A program made the translations under genes and the position numbers. A model generated the notes under the pieces. That model was not told the DNA's origin and searched no databases. It saw only the letters and a list, made by a program, of their open reading frames with translations. Below are positions 61,337-63,335 of a stretch of DNA of 63,335 bases, one piece after another. The stretch's first letter is position 1. The number at the start of each line of letters is the position of its first letter. This DNA is from Candidatus Rariloculus versatilis (GTDB lineage: Bacteria; Pseudomonadota; Gammaproteobacteria; Steroidobacterales; Rariloculaceae), in the NCBI GenBank assembly GCA_028278665.1, contig JAQAJI010000030.1:1-63335 (forward strand), read 5' to 3'.

Positions 61337-61531
61337 TCAAAAGGCCTTGTTCAGACCGGCCTGCGCGAGCACGGCATTCGCAGTGTGCCGCGACTTGATG
61401 TTGCCGTCCACCGGGAAATGCTTGCCGGAAATGGGGCTGAACCAGATTTCGTGGTCCCCTCGCCCCTGACGTACCCGTCGGCAACCCGCTTCCCGCAATT
61501 TCCCTTTCAGCGGTCTCGTAAAGCCGGCCAC
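61337..61531 (-). CDS. hicA: HicA-family toxin (mRNA interferase)
   Basis: 64 aa. LREAGCRRVRQGRGDHEIWFSPISGKHFPVDGNIKSRHTANAVLAQAGL follows the HicA/YcfA pattern. The GTG start overlaps the upstream stop by 1 nt. Confidence 0.7.
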   Translation of the reverse strand: MAGFTRPLKGKLREAGCRRVRQGRGDHEIWFSPISGKHFPVDGNIKSRHTANAVLAQAGLNKAF

Positions 61532-61776
61532 TATCCCGCCAAACGAATCGTTTCCAGTCTGCTTGACATCATGCGCAGGGGAATCGCTTCAACCGCCAGT
61601 TCATCGAAGAGCTTCCGGTTGAGCTCGTACAGTTCAGGTACGAGTTCGCGGATCTTGTCCTGCAATTCGCGCTCCGAGGCCGCTTCGGCAACCAGGCCCG
61701 GAAAGTTGGTGTCCGAGACGTACCAGACACCGGCTTCCTCGTCCCGGGAAATCTCCGCAAAATAGTTATGATCCAT
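61531..61776 (-). CDS. DUF1902-type (HicB-like) antitoxin
   Basis: The last 81 codons of track ORF 61531..62232. MDHNYFAEISRDEEAGVWYVSDTNFPGLVAEAASERELQDKIRELVPELYELN is the DUF1902 pattern. The ATG at 61776 is preceded by GGAGG. Confidence 0.7.
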   Translation of the reverse strand: MDHNYFAEISRDEEAGVWYVSDTNFPGLVAEAASERELQDKIRELVPELYELNRKLFDELAVEAIPLRMMSSRLETIRLAG

Positions 61777-61811
61777 GTCGCCTCCGGGGCCGTTCCGCCG
61801 AGGTAACGGAA

Positions 61812-63335
61812 TTATGCCCTTTTGTCCCTGTTGTCGGCCATGACCTTCGACCGGGGCCGCGCAGCCATCCGTTCCTCGATTGCGCGTTCTGCGTTCAGGG
61901 CCATGAGCCTTGCGAGCATTTCGTCGCGGACTTCGTCCGGCCAGCGGTAGCGGTAGGGTTTTTTCTTCCTGCCCCAGGTCTCTTCGTCGATCTCGTAGTC
62001 CAGCAGGAACTCGCAATCGGTGGGGATGTCGGTCCAGCCGTAGGCGTCGAGAACGGCGCGGTCCACGGCCGCGTGCAGCTCTCGAAGCTTCGCTATCCGG
62101 GGATCGCGCTCGTCCGGATTGTGAAAGCGGTTGTAGGTCTTCGTCATACCCTCGTCGTTCTCGACCATCAGAGCCGCGCGGAAGCTGTAATACGTTTCGC
62201 CAGCGGCTTCGAGCGAGGGGCTTGTTTCCCAATCCGGCGGGAAGGGGAAGGTCTCGAAGCAGTCGGAGGGGGTGTAGCGGAGGTCGTCCTTCATGGACGA
62301 TCCGAAGAAACGCGCCCAGATTTCATGGGGACGGGATTGAAGCGCGCAGAAGGCGGCGTGGGTGTCGAATGGGAAAACAACGCATGAGTCGCTGTGGATC
62401 ACTTTGCCGGGCAGTAAGGTAAAAGCAGCGTGTTGCCCATAGCGAGAAATCGCAACTACGCGATCCATGCCGTCGATGGAGGCATTTAGCTCCTTCGCTT
62501 GGTGGTAAAATTGCCACCAGATTTTCGCCCTTCGCCCATGACTCGATTTGCTGTTCTTAGAGGAATTTTCACGCTCAGGTCTGACTTTCTCGTCGACAAT
62601 CTTCAAAAGTTCCGGCCAGTCTTGTGCTACTGAGTGGGGGTAGTCCACAGGGACAATGCCGCTTCGACGCCATTCTTGCCGTTGGTGCTGGTCTGCGTCG
62701 CGCCACAGAGCACCCAATTCCATTCGACACAGCGGCCGGTTGCGGAAGTTGATGACGTAGCGATGGTGTGCATGAGTCGGGCTCGTGTTGACTTCCTCGC
62801 CGCCGATGTAGGGAACAATTACGTTACTGTTAAGCGGGTTTTGCTCGATTAGACGGCGGATTTCGGTGAGCGGTGAGGCAACGCCCTTCTTATCGGTGTC
62901 GTCGAACGTGAAACCCATGCCGAGGAGGAGGCTGCCTCGGAAGCTCTTGCCGACGTTGGACTGTAGTTTCTCGGGGTCGTCATGACCGCCGTCGTGAAAT
63001 AGGAAAGCGGTGATCCGATCGACATCGTTCCCATCGAGACGGCATGGAACGTGACGATGTCCCTTTGTAACGTGGACCACGCTCACCACCACGGCAGCCA
63101 CACCGGGCCATCTGAGGCGGCGCTGAACTCGAAATATCTCACCGCCGTTCACGCATATCCAACGTAGTCCCGACGCTCGGGTGTCGCCCTGCCCAATAGT
63201 GTTCGTGGCAATTAGTCCGAACGTACCTCCAATTCCGAACAGATTGAATGCCCGACGAAAAAAATGCGCCACCAAGTCGCACTTGCCCCCACTTCCGAGA
63301 TGGATTTGGCGAAGCCAATCCGTGTAGCCGCGCAC
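61812..63335 (-). CDS. drmMI: C-terminal part of a large N6-adenine DNA methyltransferase (DrmMI / MmeI-YeeA-like); 5' end beyond the window
   Basis: CDLVAHFFRRAFNLF...GLIATNTIGQGDTRASGLRWI and C-terminal TYNRFHNPDERDPRIAKLRELHAAVDRAVLDAYGW resemble the non-catalytic C-terminal halves of MmeI/YeeA-class methyltransferases. The catalytic NPPY region would lie upstream of 63335. Confidence 0.65.
   Translation of the reverse strand: MRGYTDWLRQIHLGSGGKCDLVAHFFRRAFNLFGIGGTFGLIATNTIGQGDTRASGLRWICVNGGEIFRVQRRLRWPGVAAVVVSVVHVTKGHRHVPCRLDGNDVDRITAFLFHDGGHDDPEKLQSNVGKSFRGSLLLGMGFTFDDTDKKGVASPLTEIRRLIEQNPLNSNVIVPYIGGEEVNTSPTHAHHRYVINFRNRPLCRMELGALWRDADQHQRQEWRRSGIVPVDYPHSVAQDWPELLKIVDEKVRPERENSSKNSKSSHGRRAKIWWQFYHQAKELNASIDGMDRVVAISRYGQHAAFTLLPGKVIHSDSCVVFPFDTHAAFCALQSRPHEIWARFFGSSMKDDLRYTPSDCFETFPFPPDWETSPSLEAAGETYYSFRAALMVENDEGMTKTYNRFHNPDERDPRIAKLRELHAAVDRAVLDAYGWTDIPTDCEFLLDYEIDEETWGRKKKPYRYRWPDEVRDEMLARLMALNAERAIEERMAARPRSKVMADNRDKRA

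Noticed and set aside
61777-62232. Upstream 152 codons of the 233-aa ORF 61531..62232
   Set aside because: They overlap the methylase gene in another frame and are Arg/Pro-rich. Only the last 81 codons (DUF1902 pattern, GGAGG site) look genuine.

Overview
GC-rich proteobacterial (gammaproteobacteria-like) chromosomal segment. About 50 protein-coding genes can be supported. I saw no rRNA, tRNA or CRISPR array. All function calls rest on my own recognition of motifs in the translated ORFs, not on database searches. Several starts were trimmed from the ORF track.

Core and metabolic genes fill the left 55 kb:
- an edge-truncated PQQ-type sugar dehydrogenase, an NRAMP-like transporter, a serine hydrolase, a creatininase-family protein and citramalate synthase;
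- three secreted proteins of unknown function;
- a pterin-type tailoring cluster (RibD-C reductase, methyltransferase, GT4 glycosyltransferase, 6-pyruvoyl-tetrahydropterin-synthase-like, Zn-dehydrogenase) next to a CDP-alcohol phosphatidyltransferase / FMN glutamate-synthase-like pair;
- two divergent HpaB-family monooxygenases;
- a MoxR-DUF58-DUF4381-BatA-BatB-BatD operon;
- gloA, an OmpA-like gene, lipA, sohB, a fused 5-oxoprolinase, an EF-G paralogue, glk, cysQ, rhlB, an M23 peptidase, secA-mutT, and zapD-coaE-pilD-pilC-pilB-pilA.

The right end (about 55.1 kb to the window edge) is an accessory defence island directly upstream of pilA. It is a class-1 DISARM-like operon (drmMI partial, drmA, drmB, drmC). 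A DUF1902/HicA toxin-antitoxin pair is nested between the methylase and the helicase, and drmC is split by a frameshift. DISARM itself is already described, so this nested arrangement is the best candidate for something new, and I found no clearly undescribed system elsewhere.

Non-coding structure:
- a 145-bp hairpin MITE family with CTAG ends (2 full and 3 partial copies) that supplies the stop codons of three genes;
- a 3 x 148-bp tandem array bounded by 30-bp inverted repeats;
- a 5 x 39-bp in-frame tandem repeat growing out of a gene 3' end;
- smaller duplications.

Four genes carry frame disruptions.
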